NCBI RefSeq assembly: GCF_964030745.1
Contig: NZ_OZ034918.1
Location: 330,001-362,000 of the forward strand
DNA: 32,000 bases
Direction: 5' to 3'
From: Candidatus Saccharimonadota bacterium
Lineage (GTDB): Bacteria > Bacteroidota > Bacteroidia > Cytophagales > Amoebophilaceae
The notes beneath the pieces are model-generated. The model did not search any database and was not told the origin of the DNA. It was given only the letters and a program-made list of their open reading frames with translations. Below are positions 16,145 to 25,922 of the stretch, in pieces. The stretch's first letter is position 1; each line of letters begins with the position of its first letter. The position numbers and the translations under genes were made by a program.

Positions 16145-17011
16145 TTACCTTCTTGCATCCAATCCCCAATACAACTTTTCACGTAAGACATCAAAAATAG
16201 TAGCATGGCCAAATTGGACCAGCTTCAATGTAAAAGGGGCTTTTTTCACTACAAGGGGTTGGTGTGTAGCCATGGGCATCGCTCTTCCATCTGTAGAAAC
16301 CAGTATCTCCTGGCTTCTCACCACAAAACGTAACAGCGCGGTGTCGGGAACAACCAGTGGACGTAACGCTAAGTTATGCGGGCTAATAGGGGTAATGACA
16401 AAGCTATTGGAGCTGGCCAACACAATAGGACCTGAGCAACTCAACGAATAAGCAGTAGAACCTGTAGGTGTGGCAACAATCAACCCATCCGCTCTGTAAG
16501 TCGTAATGAATTGTTCATCTATATAGGCATCAATGGTAAGTAAATTAGCCCTATCGCGCTTGAGCAGCGCTACTTCATTCAGTGCAAAAGAAACAGGACC
16601 ATCTGAACCATATAAAGCCAAAAGGCTGCGCGTTTCCAGGGTATAATCACCCTCAAAAAAACCCACCAAACCATCAATGGCTTCTCTCTGGGTTACCCTA
16701 GTTAGAAAGCCCAAATTACCTGTATGGATACCCAATAGAGGAATCGCGTGGTCTTTAAGGTAATGGATGGTTTCTAGAAAGGTTCCATCCCCACCCAAAC
16801 TGATGATTAAGTCTATATCTGATTGTAGATGCAACTGCTCTAGATCGAAAACGGGTAGGTGACCCAGAGCACCAGTAGCGCTATCGAGTAACGTTCCGAA
16901 AACAGTAGAAACCATTACACGCTTTTGATAGCCTGCTGCTAAAGAGCAAAGCTGCTCTAGAAATGCTAAACCAACTGGACAAACTTTTCTGCTATGTAGG
17001 GCAATCGACAT
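16145..17011 (-). CDS. nadK: NAD(+) kinase
   Basis: Motifs GGDGTFL, NEVALL and DGLIVATPTGSTAYSLSCSGPIV. The ATG at 17011 (MSIALHS...) gives 288 aa. Confidence 0.92.
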   Translation of the reverse strand: MSIALHSRKVCPVGLAFLEQLCSLAAGYQKRVMVSTVFGTLLDSATGALGHLPVFDLEQLHLQSDIDLIISLGGDGTFLETIHYLKDHAIPLLGIHTGNLGFLTRVTQREAIDGLVGFFEGDYTLETRSLLALYGSDGPVSFALNEVALLKRDRANLLTIDAYIDEQFITTYRADGLIVATPTGSTAYSLSCSGPIVLASSNSFVITPISPHNLALRPLVVPDTALLRFVVRSQEILVSTDGRAMPMATHQPLVVKKAPFTLKLVQFGHATIFDVLREKLYWGLDARR

Positions 17012-17148
17012 ATGGCTGTTAAGGTTGCAAAAGAGGTCTATAATAGACCCCAAATTTACCTGAATAATTTGAATAGAGCTAATTTTTAATTAAAATAGAG
17101 GGGGCGATATAGCATGACCCACATACCTTGTAATCGATGCATAACCCA

Positions 17149-17369
17149 CCCCCGCGTCTCCTTCGATAAAAAAATGGCGCTCTAGTAAAACACTAACACC
17201 TGAGCGATAGGTTTTTTAGCGGACTAGAAAATCGTCTGTGTGAAGCACGCGTAGCGGGATGAGTTCACGATTTTCCCGCTAAAAAACCTATCGATTCTGC
17301 TATTTACTACCGGGCCAGACTTTTTATCGAAGGAGACGCGGGGGCTCAGCAACAGGCGTGAATAGATAC
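17149..17369 (+). mobile_element. MITE family 2, full copy
   Basis: cccccgcgtctccttcgataaaaaaatggcgctctagtaaaacactaacacctgagc...tttttatcgaaggagacgcggggg...caggcgtgaatagatac. Here the terminal inverted repeats are perfect over about 24 bp. Confidence 0.85.
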
Positions 17370-17417
17370 GAAAAAAGTGGAATAAAATTCATTATTAACC
17401 AGTAACGTGAACAGACA
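17370..17417 (-). repeat. Terminal fragment of repeat family 1
   Basis: The reverse complement gtgtctgttcacgttactggttaataatgaattttattccacttttttc matches the first ~48 bp of 9280-9536. Confidence 0.8.
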
Positions 17418-18435
17418 CCATAAAAATATACAAATAAGCCTAAGCATCTTGCTTATTGGAGCCATCTTATGGATAGGCTATCGCTATCCATATACCAACC
17501 TATCTAAGCAAAACAATAAAGATTGCCATCTACCTATTGAACGGCTAGAACAGGCACTTTTTAATGCCAAAGAGCAGCAAGCCATCACCCAACTACTGCT
17601 CAAACATCAATTATTCAGTAAGGAATTTCTAAATGTAAAAGAAGCAACAAGCGAACAGGGCTACCAACAAACAGCTGCATCATTATTTGAAATGGGGCAA
17701 GATCCGACTATAAGGGCGCTATATGAAGAAAGCAGCCGACAGTTTCCAGAGGACACAACCATTATACACCCCCTCCAAAAAGCCTTTTACCGTTTAAAAA
17801 AATACTACCCAACTATAAGGCTGCCAAAGGTATATACAATGATTACAGGCATGAGCCATGATCTCTATGTAAGCAACAGATTAATTGTAATTGGATTAGA
17901 CTGCTTTTTAGGACAGAATCCTTCATTTAGCATGCATCATTTACCCAAATACATTGCAGACACCTATGACCCTGCTTCGATTGCATCTAAAATCATGCTG
18001 CTCTACACACAGCAATTCAATGCAACAGACCCCTCTGATAAAAGCTTACTAGCAGAAATGCTCTATTATGGGAAGTCATTTTTTCTAGTCAAAATGCTCC
18101 TACCCGATATACCAGACCATCTGCTACTTGGTTACACCGAAGAACAATTAAGGGAAGTCAATAAATATAAAACGATTATATGGGACCATTTTATTGAAAA
18201 TGAGCTGTTATACAACACAAATGATTTTGTAAAAAACAATTATATATTGCCTCGCCCATCTACAAGTGAAATAGGACCAAGCTGTCCTGGAAGCATCGGA
18301 AAATGGCTGGGATGGGAAATTATAAAAAGCTATATGCAAAAGAATAAATCTAAAAAGGTCAATGACTTAATGGAAGCTATAGATAACCCAACCCTATTAC
18401 GCCATGCTTGCTATCAGCCAAAAGATGAGCGATAA
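17407..18435 (+). CDS. Membrane-anchored protein, possibly GldB-like (gliding-motility lipoprotein GldB / DUF2268-type)
   Basis: 342-aa ORF with an N-terminal TM segment ISLSILLIGAILWIGY. The GldB call rests only on recalled resemblance (PGSIGKWLGWEIIKSYM near the C-terminus, IGLDCFLG block). The only upstream in-frame start is a GTG lying inside a repeat fragment. Confidence 0.45.
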   Translation: MNRHHKNIQISLSILLIGAILWIGYRYPYTNLSKQNNKDCHLPIERLEQALFNAKEQQAITQLLLKHQLFSKEFLNVKEATSEQGYQQTAASLFEMGQDPTIRALYEESSRQFPEDTTIIHPLQKAFYRLKKYYPTIRLPKVYTMITGMSHDLYVSNRLIVIGLDCFLGQNPSFSMHHLPKYIADTYDPASIASKIMLLYTQQFNATDPSDKSLLAEMLYYGKSFFLVKMLLPDIPDHLLLGYTEEQLREVNKYKTIIWDHFIENELLYNTNDFVKNNYILPRPSTSEIGPSCPGSIGKWLGWEIIKSYMQKNKSKKVNDLMEAIDNPTLLRHACYQPKDER

Positions 18436-18453
18436 CAAGCAAAAAACAATATA

Positions 18454-18741
18454 TTACTCCCGTACAATAACATACAAATCTTCCTGCTCACGCTTCATAT
18501 AATATTTTTCACGCGCAAACTGCTCTAGGAAATCAATGTTATGCATTAGCTCTTTTTTTGCTTCCTTAACCTGTTGAATCTGAAGGTTATAATCGACGAC
18601 ATCTGTTTGCAACTTTTGGCAACGTTTGTATAATCTATATTGTTCAAATACGTTTTGATCATCGAAAAAGAGCATCCATGCAGCGAACAAAATGGTTGCC
18701 ATACAATAGGGATCTAACAATACTTTTTTAATAGACCGCAT
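18454..18741 (-). CDS. Septum formation initiator family protein (FtsB/DivIC-like)
   Basis: 95 aa with an N-terminal TM (ATILFAAWMLFF), then a coiled coil, and a C-terminal FAREKYYMKREQEDLYVI typical of the family. Confidence 0.7.
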   Translation of the reverse strand: MRSIKKVLLDPYCMATILFAAWMLFFDDQNVFEQYRLYKRCQKLQTDVVDYNLQIQQVKEAKKELMHNIDFLEQFAREKYYMKREQEDLYVIVRE

Positions 18742-18801
18742 AGTGTTTTTATGCTGAATAATAGACCAAAATATTAAAAACCATGCTACATGCTTTTTAG
18801 G

Positions 18802-19479
18802 TTAAGCTGTTGCTATGATTTCGATAAACTCTTTAATCGCTTGAGCAGTTGCACTTCTCCCTACATGAACCGAGTTTTCAAAGGTTTCCAAATCACCTCC
18901 AGCTATATAACTATTGAAAGACAGGATGTAATGCCGGTCAATCGTATCTTTTAATTTCATGTAGCTTACAGTACAATGGTTATGCCCTGAATCTGCTAAA
19001 ATCTCATCGTTATTGCTGCTTCCTAAGATAAATGCCATAAGGTCTAGACTCTCATCACTTAAGTCCATAAATCCTGCTTCCGATTTAGCCTCCCCGCTGT
19101 GTGCTACGATAAATGGCTTAAAGTATTGGTAAACAATATAAAAAATACGATATAAATCAATATATAGCAAATAAATTTTATGCCACGCTTTCTGCTGTTC
19201 TAAAGAAAGTTGCATAGGTAGTAGCTGAGAATCAGCGCCTATTCTTTTTAAGAAACGTGGGTAGATCAAATGTCCCTTTAGCATAGAGAAAATGCTGTTT
19301 TTTAACTGAGGCGCCAACGTTTGTTCATATGCCCCTATATCACTAAACTTACCTATATCTGGTCCTCCAGATAGAGGGTTATGATAATTGCCAGTCGCAG
19401 AACTACATTTAGTCCAACATCCATTTTGGAGGATACAACACAATAAAAAAAGGACGGTAATCGTAATGGATCTACGCAT
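18802..19479 (-). CDS. Hypothetical putative lipoprotein
   Basis: MRRSITITVLFLLCCILQNGC signal. ATG at 19479 is preferred over the GTG at 19506. No recognisable family. Confidence 0.6.
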   Translation of the reverse strand: MRRSITITVLFLLCCILQNGCWTKCSSATGNYHNPLSGGPDIGKFSDIGAYEQTLAPQLKNSIFSMLKGHLIYPRFLKRIGADSQLLPMQLSLEQQKAWHKIYLLYIDLYRIFYIVYQYFKPFIVAHSGEAKSEAGFMDLSDESLDLMAFILGSSNNDEILADSGHNHCTVSYMKLKDTIDRHYILSFNSYIAGGDLETFENSVHVGRSATAQAIKEFIEIIATA

Positions 19480-19522
19480 AATTTGATTGAGTTTGATGGA
19501 TGGCACAAATTATGATGTATAT

Positions 19523-19677
19523 CACTTTTTCTTCATAAGAAAACGGATAAAAAATCAAGCCATCGGTAAAATGTTGCGCCCCCACCCATTACAGATGGAA
19601 AAAACAGAAGATGGAGGCTAGTGCGCAATTTTTTACAGGAGCATTTTACTAATATGGCCATAGCGTTGAACACATAC
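19523..19677 (+). repeat. Repeat family 1, internally deleted copy
   Basis: cactttttcttcataagaaaacggataaaaaatcaagccatcggtaaaatgttgcg...ttttttacaggagcattttactaatatggccatagcgttgaacacatac. Confidence 0.8.
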
Positions 19678-19755
19678 AAGCAGCGTAGATAAATGTATTG
19701 TGCTATGTTTTAACATTATGCTGCATAAAGCCAATATAGAAATTGGTTAATCTGC

Positions 19756-20247
19756 TTATGCTGTATCAACAGGTGTTTCTGCACTATCAGCAGCTGTTTG
19801 CGCTCCCTCATCTGGAACAATAACAGCACTGCTTTTCTTTCTTCTTCGTCGGGTTGCTTTAACGACCTTAGCTTCTTTTACATAGATATCGTTGTAATCC
19901 ACTAACTCAATCATACACATAGCAGCATTGTCTCCAGCACGATTGGCTAATTTAATGATACGTGTATAGCCGCCTGGACGTTGCTCAATTTTTTCAACAA
20001 TATGATTGAATAATTCTTTTACAGGCTCTTTATCTTGAAAATGCGCAAACACCATTCTTCTAGAATGGGTAGTATCTTGTTTGGCTCTGGTAAGAATAGG
20101 CTCAACAAATGAACGCAACGCTTTTCCTTTAGCTAAAGTGGTAACGATACGCTTATGCATAATGAGCGACTTAGATAAATTCATAAGCAATGCTTTCCTA
20201 TGAGCTGCAGGCCTACCTAGCCGATTAATTTTATTTCTATGCCTCAT
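19756..20247 (-). CDS. rplQ: 50S ribosomal protein L17
   Basis: [24 protein letters not shown] and position after rpoA. Confidence 0.95.
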   Translation of the reverse strand: MRHRNKINRLGRPAAHRKALLMNLSKSLIMHKRIVTTLAKGKALRSFVEPILTRAKQDTTHSRRMVFAHFQDKEPVKELFNHIVEKIEQRPGGYTRIIKLANRAGDNAAMCMIELVDYNDIYVKEAKVVKATRRRRKKSSAVIVPDEGAQTAADSAETPVDTA

Positions 20248-20430
20248 TTCGTTTGTACTAAATACGACTTTTACTTAAAATCTACTGTGTGGCTATACTG
20301 TTGAACGGTATAGCCACATTACGAAAAAAAACGCGCCTTGTAAAAAGTTGCGATCAGAAAGTTTACCCTTAAAGGTGATCATACAATCAACTTGTTTGGA
20401 TCTCAATGGGGGCTAATTTGCTAACAAAAT

Positions 20431-21414
20431 CTACCCATCTAACCTATATTTAGAAAGATCCATACCAATTTTCAAATTCTTTTCTTCTAAAAGTTGATCG
20501 ATCTCATCACGTGACTTACGACCAAAGTTTCTAAACTTCATGTTATCAAAGTCTTTCACCGTTACAAGGTCTTCTAAAGTCTCGATGCCTGCTGATTTCA
20601 GACAATTCAATACACGCGAAGAACACTTTAATTCACTAATGTGGGTCTTGAGACTCCTTTGCATGGCTACCGTTTCTTCATCTAGCATCTGAACGACCTC
20701 ATCCTCTGGTGATTGAAGCGCAATTTCCTGGCCCGATAATAGGTTAAGGTGTTGAATCATTAACTTAGCAGCTTGCCGAATGCTCTCCTCTGGCGTAATG
20801 GAACCATCGGTTTTTACTTCAAAGGTCAATTGCTCATAATCTGTACGCTGCCCAACACGCATGTTCTCCACACGGTATTGTACACTTACAATAGGGGAAA
20901 AGATGGCATCAATAGCAATAAAATCTAAGGATGATCCTTTAGGCTTATTCTCCTCAGCTGAGAGATACCCCCTATGCTTCATTATATGGAATTCTATATC
21001 AAAACTGGCAGATGCATCGAGCCTACAAATGAGTAGATCTGGATTTAACACTTCGAAAAAAGGCGTAGCTTGCGCAATATCACCTGCACGGAATTCAGGT
21101 TTATTCACGTGAACCGAAATGATCGATTCACCGCCTTCTGCAATTTTCTTTAAACGAACCTGTTTGAGATTTAAAATAATCTCTACCAAATCCTCCTGTA
21201 CACCTTCAATAGTAGAAAACGCATGGCGGACCCCAGGAATTTTAATGGCAACAATAGCGTGGCCTTCTAAAGACGATAACAATACCCGCCTAAGTGTATT
21301 GCCAATCGTGGTACCATACCCCTTTTCAAGGGGACGAAAACTAAAAATGCCATGTTGGGGATCAACCTTCTCCACAAATATCTTCTCGGGCATTTGAAAT
21401 GCTAATGATGACAT
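20431..21414 (-). CDS. rpoA: DNA-directed RNA polymerase subunit alpha
   Basis: 327 aa with conserved N-terminal domain blocks (GTTIGNTLRRVLLSS), a C-terminal domain, and operon context. Confidence 0.96.
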   Translation of the reverse strand: MSSLAFQMPEKIFVEKVDPQHGIFSFRPLEKGYGTTIGNTLRRVLLSSLEGHAIVAIKIPGVRHAFSTIEGVQEDLVEIILNLKQVRLKKIAEGGESIISVHVNKPEFRAGDIAQATPFFEVLNPDLLICRLDASASFDIEFHIMKHRGYLSAEENKPKGSSLDFIAIDAIFSPIVSVQYRVENMRVGQRTDYEQLTFEVKTDGSITPEESIRQAAKLMIQHLNLLSGQEIALQSPEDEVVQMLDEETVAMQRSLKTHISELKCSSRVLNCLKSAGIETLEDLVTVKDFDNMKFRNFGRKSRDEIDQLLEEKNLKIGMDLSKYRLDG

Positions 21415-21462
21415 ATAGAACCTTTGATTTGATTTTATTTAAAAAGAAAACTATTAGAAGCA

Positions 21463-22071
21463 CTATTTAGAATGGAGCTCCACAATACTTCGCTCGTTAA
21501 TTTCTTCTGGTATTTCAGAACGCTGTGGAAAAGCAAGAAACTTGCCTACCATCAATGTTGCATCCCACTCCAACCAACTATACTTATTGGATGGATTATT
21601 GGCTACATTTTGAACAATCAAAGCCATTTTTTCTGCTTTCTTTGCAATACCTATTGTTTCTCCAGGCTTTAAAGTATAGGAAGGAATATCAACTATTCCA
21701 GCATTAACTGTAATATGACCATGGGATACCATCTGCCTTGCCTCCCCACGGGTAGTAGCAATACCCAACCTGTAAACTGTGTTGTCTAAACGGGCCTCTA
21801 ACCGCTGAAGGATTACTTCACCTGTAATGCCTTTGCTTTTAGCAGCTTTTTCACAAAGGTTCTTAAACTGACGCTGTAATAAACCATAGGTATATTTTGC
21901 TTTTTGCTGCTCTACCAATTGAAGCCCAAACTGAGAACGTCTTTTACGCCTTTTACCATGCTGCCCCGGCGGATAGTTTTTTCTTTGCAACACTTTATTA
22001 ACAGACGAACCAAATATCGAACTATTGTATCTTCTTGCAACCTTTGCTTTTGGACCACGATATCTTGCCAT
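21463..22071 (-). CDS. rpsD: 30S ribosomal protein S4
   Basis: MARYRGPKAKVARR...LEARLDNTVYRLG. Confidence 0.96.
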   Translation of the reverse strand: MARYRGPKAKVARRYNSSIFGSSVNKVLQRKNYPPGQHGKRRKRRSQFGLQLVEQQKAKYTYGLLQRQFKNLCEKAAKSKGITGEVILQRLEARLDNTVYRLGIATTRGEARQMVSHGHITVNAGIVDIPSYTLKPGETIGIAKKAEKMALIVQNVANNPSNKYSWLEWDATLMVGKFLAFPQRSEIPEEINERSIVELHSK

Positions 22072-22103
22072 ACGCTATTTTCTTCTAATATAAATAAGTA
22101 AAT

Positions 22104-22496
22104 TTATGGGCGCCTACGCTTAGGTGGCCTACAACCATTGTGCGGCAATGGGGTAACATCTCTAATAGACATTACTTCTAAAGAATGCTCTTGAAGGGTA
22201 CGAATGGCTGATTCTCGCCCAATTCCTGGCCCCTTTACAAACACATTCACCCGCCGCAAACCCAACTCATGGGCAGCTTTTGCACAATCAGCTGATGCCA
22301 TTTGAGCAGCATATGGCGTGTTTTTCTTAGATCCCTTAAAGCCCATCTTACCGGAAGATGACCAAGCAATCACTTGACCCGCTTCGTTTGTAATCGAAAT
22401 AATCAGGTTATTAAAAGTAGCTTGAATATGCGCCTGCCCCTCTTTACCAACCTTTACAACCCTTTTTTTAACTTTATTTTTTCCTGTATTTTTCAT
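22104..22496 (-). CDS. rpsK: 30S ribosomal protein S11
   Basis: [18 protein letters not shown]...TPYAAQ...[10 protein letters not shown]. Confidence 0.96.
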   Translation of the reverse strand: MKNTGKNKVKKRVVKVGKEGQAHIQATFNNLIISITNEAGQVIAWSSSGKMGFKGSKKNTPYAAQMASADCAKAAHELGLRRVNVFVKGPGIGRESAIRTLQEHSLEVMSIRDVTPLPHNGCRPPKRRRP

Positions 22497-22570
22497 AGTA
22501 ATTTTCTATAGACTTTCTTTAAAATAGAAAAGAAAGCAAAAAAGCATACTAGCTAGCCGAAATGGCCTAT

Positions 22571-22948
22571 CTATTTGGTAGCTTTCTTTTTATTAGCAAT
22601 GGTTTTAGGTTTGCCCTTACGTGTTCTAGCATTGGTTTTGGTGCGCTGACCACGAACAGGCAAGCCCATTTGATGCCTATACCCTCTATAACATTTAATT
22701 TCAACCAATCGCTTAATATTCAATCGAATTTCTGATTTTAAATCCCCCTCTATTTTATATACCCCGCGAATGGCTGTTCTAATGGCTTTTAATTCATCAT
22801 CGGTCCAGGTAGATACCCGCCGATCTTTATCTATTTGAACCGTTTCAAGAATTTTGTTTGCAGAACTTCTGCCAATTCCATATATATAGGTAAGCGCAAT
22901 TTCTCCGCGCTTGTTATCTGGAATGTCTACACCTAATACCCTAGCCAT
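22571..22948 (-). CDS. rpsM: 30S ribosomal protein S13
   Basis: [14 protein letters not shown]...[18 protein letters not shown]. Confidence 0.96.
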   Translation of the reverse strand: MARVLGVDIPDNKRGEIALTYIYGIGRSSANKILETVQIDKDRRVSTWTDDELKAIRTAIRGVYKIEGDLKSEIRLNIKRLVEIKCYRGYRHQMGLPVRGQRTKTNARTRKGKPKTIANKKKATK

Positions 22949-22951
22949 ATT

Positions 22952-23068
22952 CTACCCTTGTCTTTGTTTAAATTTCGGCTGCTTCTTGTTGATCACATAC
23001 AATACACCTTTGCGACGTACAATCTTGCAATCAGCGCTTCTTTTTTTAACAGATGTTTTAACTTTCAT
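22952..23068 (-). CDS. rpmJ: 50S ribosomal protein L36
   Basis: Not in the ORF track because it is too short. Hand translation gives [38 protein letters not shown], with ATG at 23066-23068 and TAG at 22952-22954. Confidence 0.93.
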   Translation of the reverse strand: MKVKTSVKKRSADCKIVRRKGVLYVINKKQPKFKQRQG

Positions 23069-23079
23069 AATTAGCGTAA

Positions 23080-23307
23080 CTATTCGGTTGTTTTGTATCT
23101 GTGCACTATCCTGGCTTGCGTTAAATCATAAGGAGTCAATTCCATTCTAACGGAATCACCAGGAAGAATCCTAATATAGTTTTTACGCATCTTCCCAGAA
23201 ATATGGGCCCTAACAATGTGGCCATTTTTAAGCGCAACCTTGAATACCGCATTTGGTAATGCCTCTTGTACTATTCCACCTTGCTCAATAGGAGGTATCT
23301 TAGCCAT
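23080..23307 (-). CDS. infA: Translation initiation factor IF-1
   Basis: [41 protein letters not shown]. Confidence 0.96.
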   Translation of the reverse strand: MAKIPPIEQGGIVQEALPNAVFKVALKNGHIVRAHISGKMRKNYIRILPGDSVRMELTPYDLTQARIVHRYKTTE

Positions 23308-23464
23308 ATTATCTTATTCTAATCTCTACTTTATCTTATTTTGATGATCATGCTACTTGCATCCTGCTGTAACGACCACAACCACCCCGTACCACAAGCA
23401 ACGGCCCGCCCGGGGCTAATATACTAAATTTATTCCAGTAGCATTTACAACTTCACTCAAAAAA

Positions 23465-24757
23465 TCACTTCATGCTAGCTCCTTTGTTAATAATTACTTC
23501 ATATCGACGCATCAGCAAATAACTTTCAATTTGTTGAAGGGTTTCTAACATGGAGCTGACCATAATTAACAAAGAAGTGCCTCCGTAGAATCTAGAAAAA
23601 GGTAAACTTAAACCAGCCATAGCGGAAAAAGCAGGCAAAATAGCAATAATAGCCAAGAAAATCGCACCTGGAAGGGTGATCCTATCCAAAACGCCATCTA
23701 AAAAACGAGCGGTTGCATTGCCAGAGGTAACACCAGGAATAAAACTGCCCGCACGCTTCATATCTTCTGCTATTTGAACAGGATTTACTGTAATGGCAGT
23801 ATAAAAAAATGTAAATACAATAATCAAAAAGGCAAACAAAAGGTTAAATAGCCAACTGGTAATATCTTGTAACATGCCGCTGATATGGGCCAGCCAGACA
23901 AACTTATCCTTCCAAAGGCCTAACAAAAACGAAATAGCCACAATCAAAAGGTTGGCAAATATAATGGGCATTACACCTGCACTATTGAGTTTAAAAGGTA
24001 TATATTGACGCTGCCCTCCATATATGGTACTGGTACTGAGTTGCTTTGCATACTGAATAGGTACCCTACGCGTGGCTTGGGTAAAAGCAACTAGGGTAAG
24101 CACAATTAAAAACAATACAAATAACTCTAACACAAATAAAAACAGAGACCTGCTGCCACGATGAACAGCCTCCTGATATAGCGCGGCAGGAAAAGAGGAT
24201 ACAATACCCACCATCATTAACATGGTCACGCCATTACCAATGCCTTTATCTGTAATTTTTTCCCCCAACCACATACAAAATAGAGCGCCTGCGGTCAGAA
24301 TTACAATGGAAATAAAAATAAAAAAAGTGCGGCTTATGGAAACGTTCCCGCTGCCTGTAGCAATGAATAAATACTGAAAGGACTGAAAAATAGCAATAAA
24401 AATAGTAAGCACGCGAGAAATTTGTGCAATTTTACGCTTACCCATTTCACCTTCGCGTTGTATTTTTTGAATTTTTGGCCAAGCAATGGACAAAAGCTGC
24501 ATGATGATAGAGGCAGAAATGTAAGGGGTAACGCCCACTGAAAAAACAGAGACTTGACTCAACGAACCGCCCAAGAAACTATCAAGTAAACCAAATACAC
24601 GCTTTGCATTACCAGAAATTTGCGAGACATCTATGCCCGGCAAGACAATAATACTACCTATACGGAAAAATGTCAAAAAGAGCAGCGTATTCCTTATACG
24701 AACCCGAAGCTCTTTTATCAAAAAAATATCCTTAATAACCTTAAATAGCTTATTCAT
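23465..24757 (-). CDS. secY: Preprotein translocase subunit SecY
   Basis: Multi-TM protein in the SecY position of the spc operon. The ATG at 24757 (MNKLFKVIKDI...) is preferred over the TTG at 24787 and overlaps the rplO stop by 8 nt. Confidence 0.95.
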   Translation of the reverse strand: MNKLFKVIKDIFLIKELRVRIRNTLLFLTFFRIGSIIVLPGIDVSQISGNAKRVFGLLDSFLGGSLSQVSVFSVGVTPYISASIIMQLLSIAWPKIQKIQREGEMGKRKIAQISRVLTIFIAIFQSFQYLFIATGSGNVSISRTFFIFISIVILTAGALFCMWLGEKITDKGIGNGVTMLMMVGIVSSFPAALYQEAVHRGSRSLFLFVLELFVLFLIVLTLVAFTQATRRVPIQYAKQLSTSTIYGGQRQYIPFKLNSAGVMPIIFANLLIVAISFLLGLWKDKFVWLAHISGMLQDITSWLFNLLFAFLIIVFTFFYTAITVNPVQIAEDMKRAGSFIPGVTSGNATARFLDGVLDRITLPGAIFLAIIAILPAFSAMAGLSLPFSRFYGGTSLLIMVSSMLETLQQIESYLLMRRYEVIINKGASMK

Positions 24758-25208
24758 ATATAGGCAATATAGTAACTGCTCCTCCAAGATCTTGAATGGC
24801 TTGTAAAGCAGTAGCTGAACAACGATGGGCAGCTACAGAAAGCTTAAGGGTTAATCTGCCATCTCCCAATATTTTATATTTTTCATACTTGCCGATAACG
24901 TTATATTTCCTCAAGAACAAGTGATCAATACAAGAAACCTTATACTTCTGGGCTAATGCTTGCAAAGTAGAAAGATTCAAAGGAGTAAACTCAATGCGAC
25001 TAGGACATTTAAATCCATACATAGGAATACGCCTTTGTAGTGGCTGCTGCCCTCCTTCAAAGCCAATTTTTCTTTTATAGCCAGATCTAGACTGTGCACC
25101 ATTATGGCCACGGGTAGCTGTGCCGCCTTTACCAGAACCTTGCCCTCTACCGACCCGTTTTTTATGCTTTAAAGCACCAATTGCTGGTTTAAGTGTATGT
25201 AACTCCAT
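24750..25208 (-). CDS. rplO: 50S ribosomal protein L15
   Basis: RVGRGQGSGKGGTATRGHNGAQSRSG. Confidence 0.96.
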   Translation of the reverse strand: MELHTLKPAIGALKHKKRVGRGQGSGKGGTATRGHNGAQSRSGYKRKIGFEGGQQPLQRRIPMYGFKCPSRIEFTPLNLSTLQALAQKYKVSCIDHLFLRKYNVIGKYEKYKILGDGRLTLKLSVAAHRCSATALQAIQDLGGAVTILPIYE

Positions 25209-25214
25209 AAAAAA

Positions 25215-25394
25215 TTATATCTTTTCTGTAACCACTAAATGGTTGACTTTTGCCACCATACCCAATACTTGAGGAGTTGCTTCAACCACCACACGCTTAT
25301 TGATGCGCCCCAATCCAAGCGCTTTAATGGTAGCTTTTTGGGATTTAGGACGTTTGATTAAACTACGCACCTGAGTAACTTGAATTCTTTCCAT
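25215..25394 (-). CDS. rpmD: 50S ribosomal protein L30
   Basis: MERIQVTQVRSLIKRPKSQKATIKALGLGRINK. The ATG at 25394 avoids overlap with rpsE. Confidence 0.93.
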   Translation of the reverse strand: MERIQVTQVRSLIKRPKSQKATIKALGLGRINKRVVVEATPQVLGMVAKVNHLVVTEKI

Positions 25395-25401
25395 AACAAC
25401 C

Positions 25402-25917
25402 TTATCCATTAAAGACTTTATCTAAAGAGATGCCACGCTGCTTAGCAATGGTCAAAGGATCACGCAGTTGCAGTAATGCGTTGAAAGTAGCCTTGACCAC
25501 ATTGTGTGGATTAGAGGAACCCTGAGATTTAGACAAAACGTTTTTAATGCCTACACTTTCTAATACAATACGTACACCACCACCAGCAATCACACCAGTA
25601 CCAGAGGCTGCCGGCTGAATCAAAACATTGCCTCCACCATATTTTCCAACAGCACCGTGCGGAATGGTACCACGTAAAATAGGAACTTTAATAAGATTGC
25701 GCTTGGCTTCTTCCACTCCCTTGGCAATGGCATCTGTTAACTCTTTTGCCTTACCCAGTCCATAACCTACTACACCATCACCATTGCCTACTACTACCAC
25801 CGCAGAAGAACTAAACCTGCGGCCACCTTCCACTACCTTGGTAACACGTTTAATGGCCACTACCCTTTCTTCAAGATTATATTCACTGGCCTTGAGTTTT
25901 TTACCACCTATTATCAT
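25402..25917 (-). CDS. rpsE: 30S ribosomal protein S5
   Basis: [39 protein letters not shown]. Confidence 0.96.
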   Translation of the reverse strand: MIIGGKKLKASEYNLEERVVAIKRVTKVVEGGRRFSSSAVVVVGNGDGVVGYGLGKAKELTDAIAKGVEEAKRNLIKVPILRGTIPHGAVGKYGGGNVLIQPAASGTGVIAGGGVRIVLESVGIKNVLSKSQGSSNPHNVVKATFNALLQLRDPLTIAKQRGISLDKVFNG

Positions 25918-25922
25918 TTTGA

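Noticed and set aside
23395-23425. GGCCGTTGC in the secY-infA spacer resembling the IS5 terminal inverted repeat GGCCGTTGCAATAGA
   Set aside because: Only 9 nt match and the similarity stops there. There is no second end or transposase remnant nearby, so it is probably chance.
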